From Trichoplax adhaerens (taxonomy: Eukaryota; Animalia; Placozoa): a stretch of 64,000 bases of DNA. Shown one piece after another: positions 12,582 through 25,679 of the stretch. Position numbers and translations under genes: made by a program. Below the pieces are notes generated by a model. That model was not told where the DNA came from. It saw only the letters and a list, made by a program, of their open reading frames with translations, and searched no databases. The stretch's first letter is position 1. Each line of letters starts with the position of its first letter. Location: assembly GCF_000150275.1 (NCBI RefSeq), contig NW_002060953.1, positions 1,907,723 to 1,971,722 of the forward strand. Direction: 5' to 3'.

Positions 12582-15257
12582 CTATAAAGAAGTGGAGATA
12601 AAATACCCTGCAAATAGTAACAGCAAATTCATCATAACTCTGAGAGCACTATTTGTTGCTGAGTAAGCCTGTTGGCTAGACATCATTAACTTTGTGGACT
12701 CTGCTTCAGGAAAGTGAGCACAGCTAAATGATTGCTCAAACCCTTTTCGAAAGACCGCTGGCAAGCCAATGCAAGAGAAGGAATTGTCGTCAAGAACCAA
12801 AACCTTAACAGTTGATAAATACTACTTCGTGTTTCAACTAGAATAAAAATAATAATCATTTACCATTTTATGCCTTCTTGGCTTTGCTCTTTGGTGACTC
12901 TACCAACAATCTTCGAGCCATCAGCGCTACAAAACGGAACAACATTACAAGTAATGTCAAGCCACTTTGTCGTACAACTTTTGCTTATAATGGCTTGCAT
13001 GAAACCGGTCTTTAGGGTAGCAATATTTAGTCTTTGGTAGGGTATATTAGTTAACATCCAAGTAGGAAATTGAATATCTTGAGGTAAATGACCTCAGGAT
13101 TGAGCTTCGATGGCTTTTTCTTGTGTAGGTACACATTTAGCCAAATCGTAGCGCTGATCGGCATCAAAACTTAATGTTCCAGTGTAACTTTTAGAGTTGT
13201 AGCCAAAAAATGGCCAGCAAGAGCCGACTGTCGTGCAGTCTGTGGTATAATTCTGATAGGTAAAGGATGTTGCATCAGCAGAACATTGAGGTAAAGCGGA
13301 TTTGCACATCATATTCTTGACGGCTTCAGCACAAGCCTTGGGTAACTGAGCCTGGATCATGACATAGCTGTTCATTGCAAACATTAAAAATCGCGATATT
13401 CGATTAAGGATAATGGTGGGAACTTTATAACTGATACCACAGAATGTTTGGATGTTACTGCCAGGTAAACTGCAAGAGTTTAAATCAGTTGCTACCCAAA
13501 CTGTCACTTCATGAGAATGTCGTTTAGCCATCGATCGAGTGGTCTAAATAAGTAATAGTTGAATTCTTTAAGGAAGTTTAATGTAGCCAACATTGACGAG
13601 AAGTCGAGATTTAATGAAATTAAACGTGTAACCCTCTACTTTACCCTATTTTTTAATGCACATCTGCAGATTAAGGTTGTAAAATTGTATAAATCGAATT
13701 TTTGCCGAAAAGACACTATATCAGTAAGGCAATGTTGTAGTCGGCTTAAAGTCGAAATTATCTACGAGAATGAGTTATAATTTGACACTGCTTGACCACA
13801 GTAAAACTATGAAATTATTGGGTCAAGGATACAAGTTTTGGCATAGGAAAATAGACTTGGCTGAATATTAGATTTACACTTTGCAGTAGTACTTTTAATT
13901 TTGGAATGTTAAGATTTGGATTTGTTTTACAGAGGTCGAAACGATCATTTTCTTCCACTTAATCATCCCAGTCCTTCATTGTCATGCATAACTATCAACT
14001 TCTAAATTGATAATCCTCGAAAGATTATAGCTAAGACTTTCATCGATTTCAAGGATTATCAACGATGTTGATGAATAATGCTCATTTTACATTTATTACA
14101 ATTTTACGAGCATGTCAAAATTACGGAAGGAATACACGTAATCATTGAATAAACTGTAAGTGATTGGTAGACTCGTTCTGAGAGGTCTAGATCGATTTAG
14201 CATTGCACGCCTCAAAGATGAAGTAGAGAATAGATTACTTTAAATGACATGAATGGAATGTATAGCGAGTAGTTTCTGATATATTAAGAAATGGATTATT
14301 TTAACCTATGAGGATGAATTATGCTCAGTTTGGATCTATTAAACTTTGACATGTAGACATGAAGATTACCGAAGGAAAAGAAGAAATCATTGAATAAAAT
14401 GCATGCGATTTGGAAACTCGTTACGGAGTAATCTCAATGAATTTAGATTCCATGTTTCATTGAGAAAGCTACCTCTGCTTTGCAAAAGATATAAATGGAA
14501 AGAGATAATTTGAGCCGATGTTGATGGATGATGCTCTGCTTGGATTCATTAAAACTTTTACGAACACATGAGGATTACGGAAGGAAATAAATGAAAGAAT
14601 TCAATGTAGTAAAATGCTTTCGATCTCAAGACTTGTCGTTGAGTAGCCTCGATCAATTTCGATGTGATGCTTAGCTGAGAAGTTAGCTATACACTCGTTA
14701 TAGACGAAATAGATTATTTGAATGAAATTTAGTTAAATGGGAGTTAGAGAAATTTTTAGTGTATGTTTAACCTGCAGTATCGATCCCATTTCAATTTTAT
14801 GATTATATCAAGAGTGTGTAAGATAGACTGAAATGAGTTCTTCTCTCTTGTGCAAAAATCATCTTTGTTAATCGGTACAACTTGACTAGTCTCTTTGCAA
14901 ATAGTTTTGAGAAAATTAATCTGTTATTGCACCTAGAAATATTCGCACTGGAATAATATAAAGTAAAATAGCACCATTTCATACTAATTAGAATGGTGGC
15001 TGCAGTGGTAATTCTTGGCTTTAGAATGAGACTTTATAGGTAGTACGTAAAACTAGCAGTTTGCTTGTCATATAGACTGCCATCACTTAGCAGACTTTAC
15101 CTAAAATGATTACTTTGCTCTTCAACAGAACATCCTTGACTGAATTTAATAACATAGAACCGCCATCTTGGAAATGATCCTGACTGGAAGCACGGGCAGG
15201 ATGGCTGCCAAATAAATTAGATATGACTAGAACAGAATGAAGTATTGACTTGAACAT
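12582..15257 (-). pseudogene. Paralog B: tandem CRD-like GPI protein, recently disabled (exons 15257-15114, 13543-12864, 12765-12582)
   Basis: Colinear with paralog A (VTVWVATDLNSCSLP..FC..YKVPT vs VTVWIAGDIDSCSLP..FC..YKVPT), with the same intron phases, a signal-peptide exon and a GPI-like tail. Lesions: in-frame TGA at 13096-13094 at a conserved Cys, last acceptor reads GG rather than AG (12767-12766), and two other Cys positions are Ser codons. Confidence 0.8.
14060..14700. repeat. Degenerate ~210-245 bp tandem repeat x3 in intron 1 of paralog B
   Basis: GATGAATxATGCTC...ATTACGGAAGGAA...AATCATTGAATAAA...ACTCGTT recurs near 14070, 14313 and 14523. Confidence 0.75.
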
Positions 15258-16559
15258 GTTAGTCAATTGGTTTCTTCTCTTAAAGCTTTCCTCCTGCTAG
15301 TCAATAAAAATCACAGAGGTAAGGACTTAAATGAATACGCTGTGAAATGGTTTAAAAAGGACTTCTATGCTACCTTGGGTCACCGAATATCTTTTAATGG
15401 GTCAGAATCTTCTTTCGCGGCCGTTAGATTACAGAGGATGCAAACTAGAAATTGATGCTTGTAACCATTTCATGGATTGAATGGTTACCAGTTATTATTG
15501 GATATCAAGTTTTTGTTTATGTCTGTTTAGCAAGCCTCTGTTTATTTATTTGATCTTTCCGATATTGCTTGAGAAAAAGTGTGCTCAACTTTTCAATGAT
15601 TGGGTCGTAGCTCTGTCACAATAAGACACCGATTTACTTTAGATTAATAGTCTAGGATTATGAAGCAGAGAACTGTGCTATCAACTTTGTTATAGAGGCA
15701 TTATTGGTATTTTTCGCTCGTCACTATTCGTTATTATAAAATGTTAGAGCAGAAATTATTCATAATACTTGTTATACTGCGCAATTTGGAGGCCAAAATA
15801 TATCTAATTCAAGGTTTTAGCGAGTGTATGCTTTTCTGTTCATCATTTAAATTTTAGGTTATACTCTGCTATATTGACATGTAAAGCTAGACAGGAGGCT
15901 TTGCCTTTGTGAACAATTTTATATTATGATAACGAGGAGTGTGAAAAATTTCGATCATATCTTGTTAGATCAAGCTATACCCTAACGTTATCATTAGGTA
16001 AGAAATAATCGCGGCATCCGTAATTTTGGTGTTACTATGCCGAACTCATAATAAGAGAATTCTACGTAGTTGACAACTTCGTGTTTAAATTAAAATTTGA
16101 AGAAAGCTTAGAATATCATTGCAGAATTCATATCCACCTTGCCATACCCGCCGTAGCATATCGAGTTATGCCATGCAAATAAGAGCTAATGGGAAATTTT
16201 TGTGTAGTCAACAAATTGGATAAATCAAATTCTGTAATATAAATCTTGTAATAAAGTGTCTTCTCAAAAATACAGCATGAACTACAGTTTCTTATAAATT
16301 TCACTTTATTACATAAGATTAGGTTCGTCCCCTAACTACCAAGGACTATCTAGTTTCAATAGGACTATCTTTTACAGCGAAAGTTCGCGGTTTATATACT
16401 CTTTATTACAGAATGAATTTTACACATTGCAATCATATCTTGCTAATTAAGTCGCAAGATAGCAGTCTTTCATCGCGCAAGCTATTCATTATTCACGCGT
16501 CTAATTAAAGCGCCACAAAACAACTCTCTGAGCACTTACATAATTTGCACTATCTATTA

Positions 16560-17590
16560 TTATCATGAAATCTTAATATAAACATTTCAATAGTATCAAG
16601 GTGATACGCATGTAAACCTTTGCTACAAATAGATATCTTCAAAATCATACTGTCTAACAAATGAGTACTACTACTCTCGTAGAGTCTTACAATCATATTC
16701 CAAGCAATATTTGGGGATGCACGATAAATTTAAAGAAATACCGGTGGCGGTCAACAATTGAGATAGTATACTCGTTCTTCTAATAGTTTTACCCTTTTAT
16801 GGCCTCTATGCATTGCTTTTTACTGGCTACGTTAACTATTCTTTTCTAGTCATGGCCGCAAAATGAAAAGTTTCAGACAAGTGCAAATAGCCCAAATACT
16901 TTTGCAACGTTGAGAAGGTCCAACAAGATTTGCTATGTTGTGAACTCTATTCTATACATTTATGATGTGATCTAGAATAGTGGGAAAAATCCAGGTAGGA
17001 AATGTGACATTCTTGGAAATTGCTTGCATGTCTGATGTAGGACTGGCGAATTTAATGAAAGACAGTAGCTATAATTATATTGTCGGCTTGTAGTCGCTAG
17101 ACAACTATTCTCGTAGCCAGCTAAATAACCTTCCCCTTGATGGAGGTATTTCTTCAACTCGACGCAAGTTTTGGTCATATTTTGGTAAGCAAAGGCTGAA
17201 GAGTCAGCTGAGCATGAAGGTAGATAACTTTGGCAAAGGCAGTTTTGAGTAGTTTTTTTATACTATGGTGATAGTTTTCGAATCACCATCAATTCATATG
17301 TGCTTTTAACAAATGAATAAATATCGTTCAAAGCTTAAAAGGTTGCAACACTGTATGTTTTAGGTAGATTACAATGTAGCCGGAGGATAGCTTCTGGTCG
17401 AACACAAGATTCCCATTTCTCCAAAGACCAATATACTAATGTTATATTCAGTTCGTATATTATACTTGCGAAGAGGCTACATTGAGGCAATTGAGAGCAA
17501 AAGGTAGCATTAATACTATCTTTAAATTCAAAGTACACGGCAAGGAATAAAAAATATACAAAGCCAAAGAATTTTTGATTTAGAATGATT
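16560..17590 (-). pseudogene. Paralog C: degraded tandem CRD-like gene
   Basis: ESCVRPEAILRLHC...LCQSYLPSCSADSSAFAYQNMTKTC...NVTFPTWIFP...FCGHD*KRIVNVASKKQCIEAIK, followed by a GT donor (16792) at the same position as in A and B. At least four stops and two frameshifts. A hydrophobic signal-like stretch KFFGFVYFLFLAVYF has no ATG. Confidence 0.8.
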
Positions 17591-17649
17591 TTAATTAATT
17601 ATTTAACTATCACATACAAGTAATATCTTTGATGATAATATTGATACTC

Positions 17650-19000
17650 TGCTTTTACGTGAAGCAAATTAATTACTTAAACTAAACCCGCTCATACCAC
17701 TTTGCCAACATATTAATTTCTGATGTCCAGGAAATGAACTATTGCAATCAAATTATGATCATAATACAGCAATGTAAATAATTTCAGTGGATGCAGCATT
17801 CGTAGGATGAGTCTTCATGATAAACACCTAGCTATTATTTATGTTTTACTATAATTAGTGATGACTTTGTAAACATAGCACATACACACCAGTGCCCACT
17901 AAAACGAGCATTTTCCCTCCTTATGATAGTAAGGAACAGTAAAACAAGATAGAAAAATTGAGGGAACAAGAACTGCTATTTTTAAAGATGGGCCAATCGA
18001 TACCAACCAAGATTATGTACTCATTTGCCACGTGGAAAAACTGCTCAAATAGGAATACCGGTTGTAATCAATTTTATATTTCAAATTTCCTAATCCCAAC
18101 ACGATCATATCCTTGTAAGAGTGGATTAAGGAGGAGAATAGAAAATGTTTCAATAATGAGAAATGGCGATACTACCTTCAGCCATCAAAGAAAGAAGTAT
18201 TGATAGCCAGATGAGCTGCTAATAAATAAATCCTTGCTGTTGGAGAAGAATACCTTAATTGGATGTACAAAATTATTATCGTGAAATTGAGCAATAAACT
18301 TGCTAATATTCTAAGGTCAATCCTAATGTAATAAAAGTGTCTCACAATAATGGTCTTAGTCAAATGGCGTTTTCTAAAAGGCTTTTACTACAAGGTTTTT
18401 AAGAATAGTAGAGCAATAATCAACCACAGCAAAAATCTAATCTAAAATTTAAAATATTCCGAGCTCAAAGTGAAGTGAAGCCTCTCTTTCCTATGTAAGC
18501 TCATCTCCACAGTTCCTAAATGCATTTCCATCCTTGTCAGCAATATTGCTTATAGGATTCTCAACTTCTTTAGAAGCTGTAAACTACTTTTCAAATCTAC
18601 TATTATGCAAACTGTAAGTTCTTTCAATAGAATAAGAAATTCAATTTAATGACTGATTTCAAGCTGAGCTACAGTCTACATTTCGCATGCAGGTGTGCAA
18701 TTCAATCAAGAAATTCTGATCTGTTTAATAATCAATTTTAGACCAAAATAGGACCGATTTAAGTCTGGGCATAAATAGCGCTTTTAAAAGCAGTGTTATC
18801 ACTTAGAAATGAACCATTATAACTGTAAAACTTATAATTTATTCAATCCCTGATATTTCGTTGGATAACCTTCAAGCTTCTTCGATATCTTTGTAAAGTA
18901 TCGGCCTTAAGGCTTTGAATAATGTCGATATATTTTTCATCATCAATCGCGTCTAAATTTCCATCGGTAAACTAAACGATTCTATGATAGCAGTTAAAAT
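17650..19000 (-). pseudogene. Decayed LRR-GPCR (LGR/RXFP-like) relic
   Basis: DFCCG*...KPCSKSLLENAI*LRPLL*DTFITLGL resembles the LGR hinge-to-TM1 signature. It is followed by TM2-like IYLLAAHLAIN. Many stops and frameshifts. Confidence 0.4.
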
Positions 19001-19770
19001 TAAAATTATCTTTATAGATACCATTTATCTATAGACAGTATGAATGCCTTCGGATTAACGCTAAATAGTGTCAATTTGAGCTAGATATAGAATTTTCTCT
19101 AAGGTTAAAGTGCTTTTGGGCTTGAGTTTTTAATTATGAACATTATTCAATATCCGATTAAAAGTAACCAACAAAAATAAGTTGCAATCGTAAAATTGTA
19201 TTTAATTTTGAATACTTTCGAAATTGAAGATGTATTGATGTAATGATATAAGGTTGACAAAGAATTTCAGCAAATTCCTTAAATTAAAGGCCTTGTATTT
19301 TCATAGAAAAGACTTCAGTATTTTATAAAAAGTAAAGTGTATGTAGAAGAGTAGGCCACAGCTTGATAATAAAACGGTTATTCAACCCTAAACAGGCTTA
19401 AAAATTTTAGCAGATTACTTAGAATTCCATAGTGTTTATTTTTCTGGCAAATAATTTATAACTTATATTTATATTTGTATTTGTATTTATATTTATATTT
19501 ATAATTGCATGGAACATAATTTTTATGTTGCCTATTGGCCTGTGGTTTGATTATGAATAATTTATTAGATAAATGGATTACGAAAAAATTATAATCGATA
19601 CTTTTGAATTGCGTAGTATTTATTTTTCTTTACTGATTAAAAATCGATTCACATTCTGATGCTGAAAATACTTATACCCAATTAAATTCAACTGATCTCA
19701 TTCCCTACTGGTAAAGTAAATAGGAGTCAGTTGATGTAATCTCATTAAGTATAGCACGATACAATTTGGC

Positions 19771-21000
19771 TCATTTTGCATCAATTCCAAGTTTTAATCG
19801 CTTCTTTCCATGATAACTATTACGGTAAGAAAATATTATGGGTAATAAGAACTCACACATCAGTGATGGAATCGTCTCATCATAGAATATCCATAAATAT
19901 TTTTTAGACTTTAGCATACTTGTAAGTGTAAATAATAAGTAAGTAATAGCTATTCCATTATTGTACTTATAATGGCATTGAAAATAAGGTAAGTTCAATT
20001 TCAGGAATGAAATAAGACATACTATTGACAAGTCATTGCAGCGATAGAGATGCAGACATGAATTGGGCCTTAGTAGCGGAAAAATATGAGATGGTAAATA
20101 AGTATATGTTGCCTTTTCCAATGCGATATTCATTATGGCACAGTATTCAATTTCAGTACTAATACAATAAAGGATCAAATGGACAAATTATTACAAAAAT
20201 AAAGGTGTGGATGTATATTGCTTATAGTAGCGTAAAATATGGGATTATCAATAAAAAGTATAATTATACATATTCAATTCTCTATTACTGTAGTTTTATT
20301 GATATTACATCTAAGTAGTAGAAATATAAGAGATCATCTGTACAAGTTACTACAAAGATATAGATGAAGATGATTGTCCTTGATAACCTAAAAATATCGT
20401 AAATAATGTAAAGATACATATTAGGTACTCCAATATACTATACTACACGTGTAATAGTATTAAATCTCGCTGATAATATGTGTATCCAAGGACAAGCTAC
20501 TATAGAGAAAGAGTTGTAGATTTCGACTGTTATAAGTAGTATAAAGATATAGCTATCAAATAAAATGTATATGATAGGTATTTCTGTATTAAACCTAAGA
20601 AATAATAAGAAATCAAGTAGTAATGGACGAGAAACTATTGAAAAAATGAATACCTTTGAAATCGAACTTATATTGGGTTTAGGGTAGAACACTAGTTTAT
20701 TATAATTTGTAACACCCAGTTTATCTTTATTACCATGTTTAAAAGTATTATAAAAGGGTAGACTACGAATTTGACCAACTAAACTATTTAACTCGAAGGA
20801 GACTATTCTTAAATCCCAAAAATGGCTTAATTCTAAGTCTTCTTACTTCATACTTTCTTGAGCTACTTGACTACTGAGCCACATTTTCTTGTAAATGCTG
20901 CTCAAGCATTTAGTGATATCAGATATTAAATTTATTACTTTAATTACTCTAAATCAACCAAGCTATTAAATAAGTAGGATTAGATAAATGATATCCTAAA
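19771..21000 (-). pseudogene. Second decayed LRR-GPCR (LGR/RXFP-like) relic
   Basis: In gene order: LRR-like QIRSLPFYNTF, hinge-like YPKPNISS, hydrophobic segments (ORF 20438-20692), IMNIALEK (DRY-region like), and FLLPIIFSYRN (TM7-like, ORF 19771-20178). Confidence 0.4.
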
Positions 21001-22259
21001 TATGCGAAAAGACATATGCGAGAAGACCTAATTAATGAAAATCTTTATTGAACTTTAAATTGTAACTTTTTGCTGTTTATAACAACTATCTATAAGAAAA
21101 ATAAGACAGAATCATAATTTCTTCGATATGATACTCGGATCAAAATTTTCGGGTTTATACTACTTTCAATAGCAAAATAGTGTAATTCGTACTGCACTTT
21201 AGAATCAAAATTAGCTTCCAGTTTTATCAAAATTGTAGCGTATATGCTATGCAGATTAAATACACATATATTCCTTCAATTACAAACTTACATTACATCC
21301 TTTTTACCAAAATGAATCTGCTGATTGTTCGGCAGATCCACGCGAATAAAGTAGAAGTTAAGTTTGTAATATACTAAGATATCAAGTAAAATCGAATGCA
21401 ATCAAATCAAATTAGCTATTTTAAAGATATGATACTTATTATAACGCTAAAGCTTAAAGAAGTATTCTAAAAATTAAACCTTCATTACGATGCTATGGAA
21501 AATTTATGACTGAAATAGAGATGTTGGTATAGACTATCCTTACTGAAGTAAGAATACGGATAAATATTATAAAGACGAAATTGAACGACGAACAAATCTA
21601 TTTCTCAGGTAATTTTTCAAATCTGTAGCGAAGTTATCTTTTAATTTCCAGTACAATTTATAAGAAGATGTATTAATTGATGTGGTACTAAGAATAACAA
21701 AATCAAAGCGGTAGCATTGATTAACCCGATTTGGAAGGATAACGAAGATGTTCCATTGGTTTCAGAAGTTACATTTGGATAGTAATTGCAGAATTGACGT
21801 TTACGTAAATTGATTCTTGTCTTTTCTGGCAGACTAATGATTAAAAAAGCAAGATTAGATCAATAGCTAGAGTCTAAGGAATGATTGGAATACACATAGT
21901 ATGAGTTTACAGTATTTTATCATCTAGAGTTATTGCCATGACATTGAATGTGGCGACTTAAGTAGGAAGTAGTTGAATAGCAAAATAAGGATAAAAGAAT
22001 TTCATACGTAATCAATTTAGAAATGATGAATTTTTGCAGTTCTATACGATGAAGTCAAATCCATACTGTGGTTTACGAAACGTTATAAAGCTGGAGAAAA
22101 AAATTATAAGTCAACATTGAATTTGGTTTCTTTCACTTTCTTATAACCACCAGTATTTTCTGAATAATCAACTAGCTTCCATGAAAGCTACCCGAGGTAT
22201 TACAATTGGGGTTGCTCGTGATAGCTTATAGTTTTTAAGCTTAATGGCGGTCTTACTAT

Positions 22260-22750
22260 TTAATGATATTCAATATAATCAATGCAATCCACAATGATCA
22301 ATTGGCTTTCATTCAAACCGTCTGATAGGGTGCAATTGAATTTTATTTCGATAGCTTTTAATTGTTAATTTAATGACAGCAATATCGATCGGAATGTTCA
22401 TGCAACTTGTTCACTAATATTCAATATAATCAATGTTATTTAGAAGGCTCAACTTGCTTGCATTAGAGATATCTGATATACTAATATTGAACTTTATCTT
22501 GATTACTTTTAATTTTAAAGCCCATTAACAGTCCCTATTGATCGGTAAGCTCTTGCAATTTGTTAGCTAAGGTAATATTCGACATATTTAATGCGATCCA
22601 GAATGATTAAGATGCTTCCAGTTAAGCTATCGGATATACTACAATTGGGCTTCATCTTGATATCTTTCAGTTTCAAAGCTTAATAGCAGTTCTATCGAAC
22701 GGCATTTCAAAGTAACTTATTTACGAATATTCAATACGATAACGCAATCC
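22260..22750. repeat. Degenerate ~155 bp tandem repeat, 3-4 copies
   Basis: AATATTCAATATAATCAATGC(A/G)ATCC-like motif at ~22265, 22416, 22574 and 22727, each followed by related ATCGATCGG...GCAACTTGTT sequence. Confidence 0.7.
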
Positions 22751-22910
22751 TGTAAAGAGGGGATCTATGGAATACCCTAGAAAAGGCTATTATTAAGGTA
22801 AGGCATTGCTAATAGAAAGGCTTTGGTTAGTATGAGTAATCATAATGGAGTTGATGAATTCTTCTACACTATTAATGACTTCATTTCGCTAGTTGCACAA
22901 GTATTTTACA

Positions 22911-25601
22911 TTAAATATAAATAAGTTTATGATGCCTGCATAAGCTATAAGAAGCTTAAATTAATTTTTTTAAACTTTACATGCCTAAAACGTCTCATTT
23001 TCTTGATAACTAGCAAATTGTTTCAATTTTGGATCAATTACTCCATCTTTAGTTATTAGCGCCAGAATATGTTTTAGTCACCATCAACTTGATTCATATT
23101 CAATTTATCACTGCGACAACTAGTAGAAATGGAATATGAAGTTATTCACTTACCAAGCAACAGCATTTTGACATTGCTGCCAGTCAAAAAATACTTTAAT
23201 ATGTTTTCGATCCTGATCACATACTGGAAATCGATGGCAGAAGAACTGGGCTGCCGTATCCATACATCTTTGGGTGATACCATTGGATTGGGATATTATA
23301 CTCAAGAACTCTTCTGTATTATCAAGTAGTTCTGGCATCTTCTTAGCCAATGCAACAGGAAAAAGGAATCCATCTGGATATGGACTGCAATAATGATGCT
23401 GGATATTGGTTCGATTATAAGCAGTACAATAATCAACTACCACGTATCTGTGACGTGTTGATTGGCAGGCAGCGATTAGATCAGCAAAAGGCAGATTAAT
23501 TTCATTAGAACATTGAATCAATTCATGGCATTGATCTCGTAAATCGAACGTTATGTAATGGGATAAATCATGAGAGCATTTTGGAAACGAAAATCGACAC
23601 CAAATTTTACGAATGATAGAGAAACATCGGCCTAAAATTGGTTTTTGATAATTTAATGTTCGTATGAAGTCATACACATAATGTTTTTTGTAAAAAGAAA
23701 GTAATACATTAGGAACATAATAATGTAGTGAGCAAAATTGTTGTATATTATTATCCGGTTTGCTACATCCTTCTGTTTCGCCAATTACCCATTCTTGTGT
23801 TTTATTTTGAAATAGCTCGTTGTCTTTATTAGCCTAAAAAAAAGAATTGTCAATTTTTATGCCTATATTTTGTCAATGATTAAGGTTATCTAGTTATATC
23901 ATCATAGTCTATTCCAAGTATTGTTGTCTTGGATAGCGATCATTACTGTTGCATTTCATTACCACTTCTAGTTCATTTTAGAATGAATAAGCAAATAACA
24001 AGAATTCTATTACGCCAACGGACGATTTTATTTTAAAGACATTGAGGAAAATAAGCTCGATTCGATATCAAGTATACCATAAATGGGATTAATCTTCAGT
24101 GTGAAGAGTTTTCAAATGCATGTGGAGATACATGAAGGAAATGATATTGTTCTTTTCTAACATTAAATTTGGCAATATGTTTAAAAACGAGCTAGTAGTC
24201 AGAATATATTTCGTTTGCCGCTTAGATTCTTTTGCCAATAGGTAAATACATACTGTAATATCGCAGAATATTGGGTGCATGTATTAAAATGCTAGTACCT
24301 GTAGTATCCGAAATATTTACAAATCCATGGATTTCCAGTTGGCTAAATCTAATCACCCTGGCCTTTTCGATTTTGATTCTTGACTAGATACTACCTCGAT
24401 AACTACCGTATAAGGAATACTCAAATAAAACCTATGAACTATTAAACTTGAGCCTTCATATTACAGTAACTAGATAGTTATTACTAGATAGATGATAGAT
24501 CCCTTTACATAACCCTTATTTTACTGCAAAGTAGCCTATTGGATAACTATTGAGAATTGGATTGGTATAGTTCAAAATTGCCTAGACAAAATATAATCAC
24601 GCTGTTATACAGACTAAGCGCAAATGCATTAACATCAACTATTGTAAGCTGGTATTAGATTTAAAATCAATTTGTTTACAAATCGCAATAGCCATTTTAT
24701 AAGAACGTTTTGTAATTTACATGTGATTAGCTAATTGAATCTCTATGAATTGGATTAATATAATTTAAAATCGAGAGAGATAAAATGGGATGTTGTCCTT
24801 TCAAGAGCAAATGCAATAACTGTTGTAAATTGGTATTTGGCACTTTCCACTAGTGATAAAGTAAGTCTGCACACGTCAACGCTTACGAAGAACGCATCTT
24901 ACTGACTTATAGAGACGAGATGAGCTATATCAACAAATAGTTCAGTTATAACGAACGAATACTGTAGTCTACGTAATAGTATTACATCAAAATCAATTTT
25001 TACGTGGATCACAACTAGGCTTATTATAAAATAGTTTTGTAATTTACCACTAATGAGGTCATTGGATATTAATTAAAAATTAAATATGATTAAGGACTAA
25101 AGAGAAAGAGAGAAATAAGATCTAACGTTCAATGGACTAAGCGCAAACAGGATAATTATTGTAGATTGGTTTTGGATTCAAAATCAATTTCATCGTGGAT
25201 TACCATTAGCCTTTTCGATATTATGGATAAGGTACTTGATTTGATTTATCTAAACCATTAATAATAATAATTATCACTAATAACTAAATGTAAATAATGA
25301 ACTGAAGATACCCCTAACAAAATCGTTGAATACCGAAATTAAAAATTTTTTTTTAATTGTTATAGATTTTAAATACGAAAAGTCAACTAACGTGATTGTA
25401 AATGTGCAGACTTTCATTGATATTTTTCATTATATTAAAAGTTGCTTCTGCAAAGTCTCCATGGTGGTCGCCTTTCTTCAGCATAGAAGTAGAACCAGCG
25501 ACAAATGGAGCCATGTTTAACCCTTGATAGCTGATCGAAGATGGTATCAATAAGGTCAAGTTGACGAAAGTGATGGTCATCAGTCGTACAAGGGACATCA
25601 T
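22911..25601 (-). CDS. Paralog D: tandem CRD-like protein (exons 25601-25392, 23833-23154, probable short last exon 22944-22911); GPI exon apparently disrupted
   Basis: Signal peptide MMSLVRLMTITFVNLTLLIPSSIS, phase-0 intron, then an open 680-nt exon 2 retaining all 14 expected Cys (WVIGETEGCSKPDNNIQQFCSLHYYVP...), then the conserved phase-2 donor. The best downstream acceptor gives CLCRHHKLIYI*. The 3' end is uncertain. Confidence 0.7.
24600..25210. repeat. Degenerate ~190 bp repeats in intron 1 of paralog D
   Basis: ACTAAGCGCAAA...ATTGTA...TGG...AAAATCAATTT...GTTTTGTAATTTAC recurs about 3 times. Confidence 0.65.
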
Positions 25602-25679
25602 CTTAGGCAGCTATACAATTTAAGGCAATGCTTTGTCGAAATATTTTCTTGAATGAAATATTTCAATCTTGACTCAGGT

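Noticed and set aside
13094-13096. TGA at a conserved Cys read as selenocysteine
   Set aside because: The position is a structural disulfide Cys rather than a redox motif. The same gene has a broken acceptor and two further Cys losses, and I could not identify a SECIS by eye.
9863-23677. Calling the CRD-like genes Frizzled, Smoothened or sFRP
   Set aside because: No 7TM or netrin domain, two domains with 8 Cys each, and a GPI-type tail.
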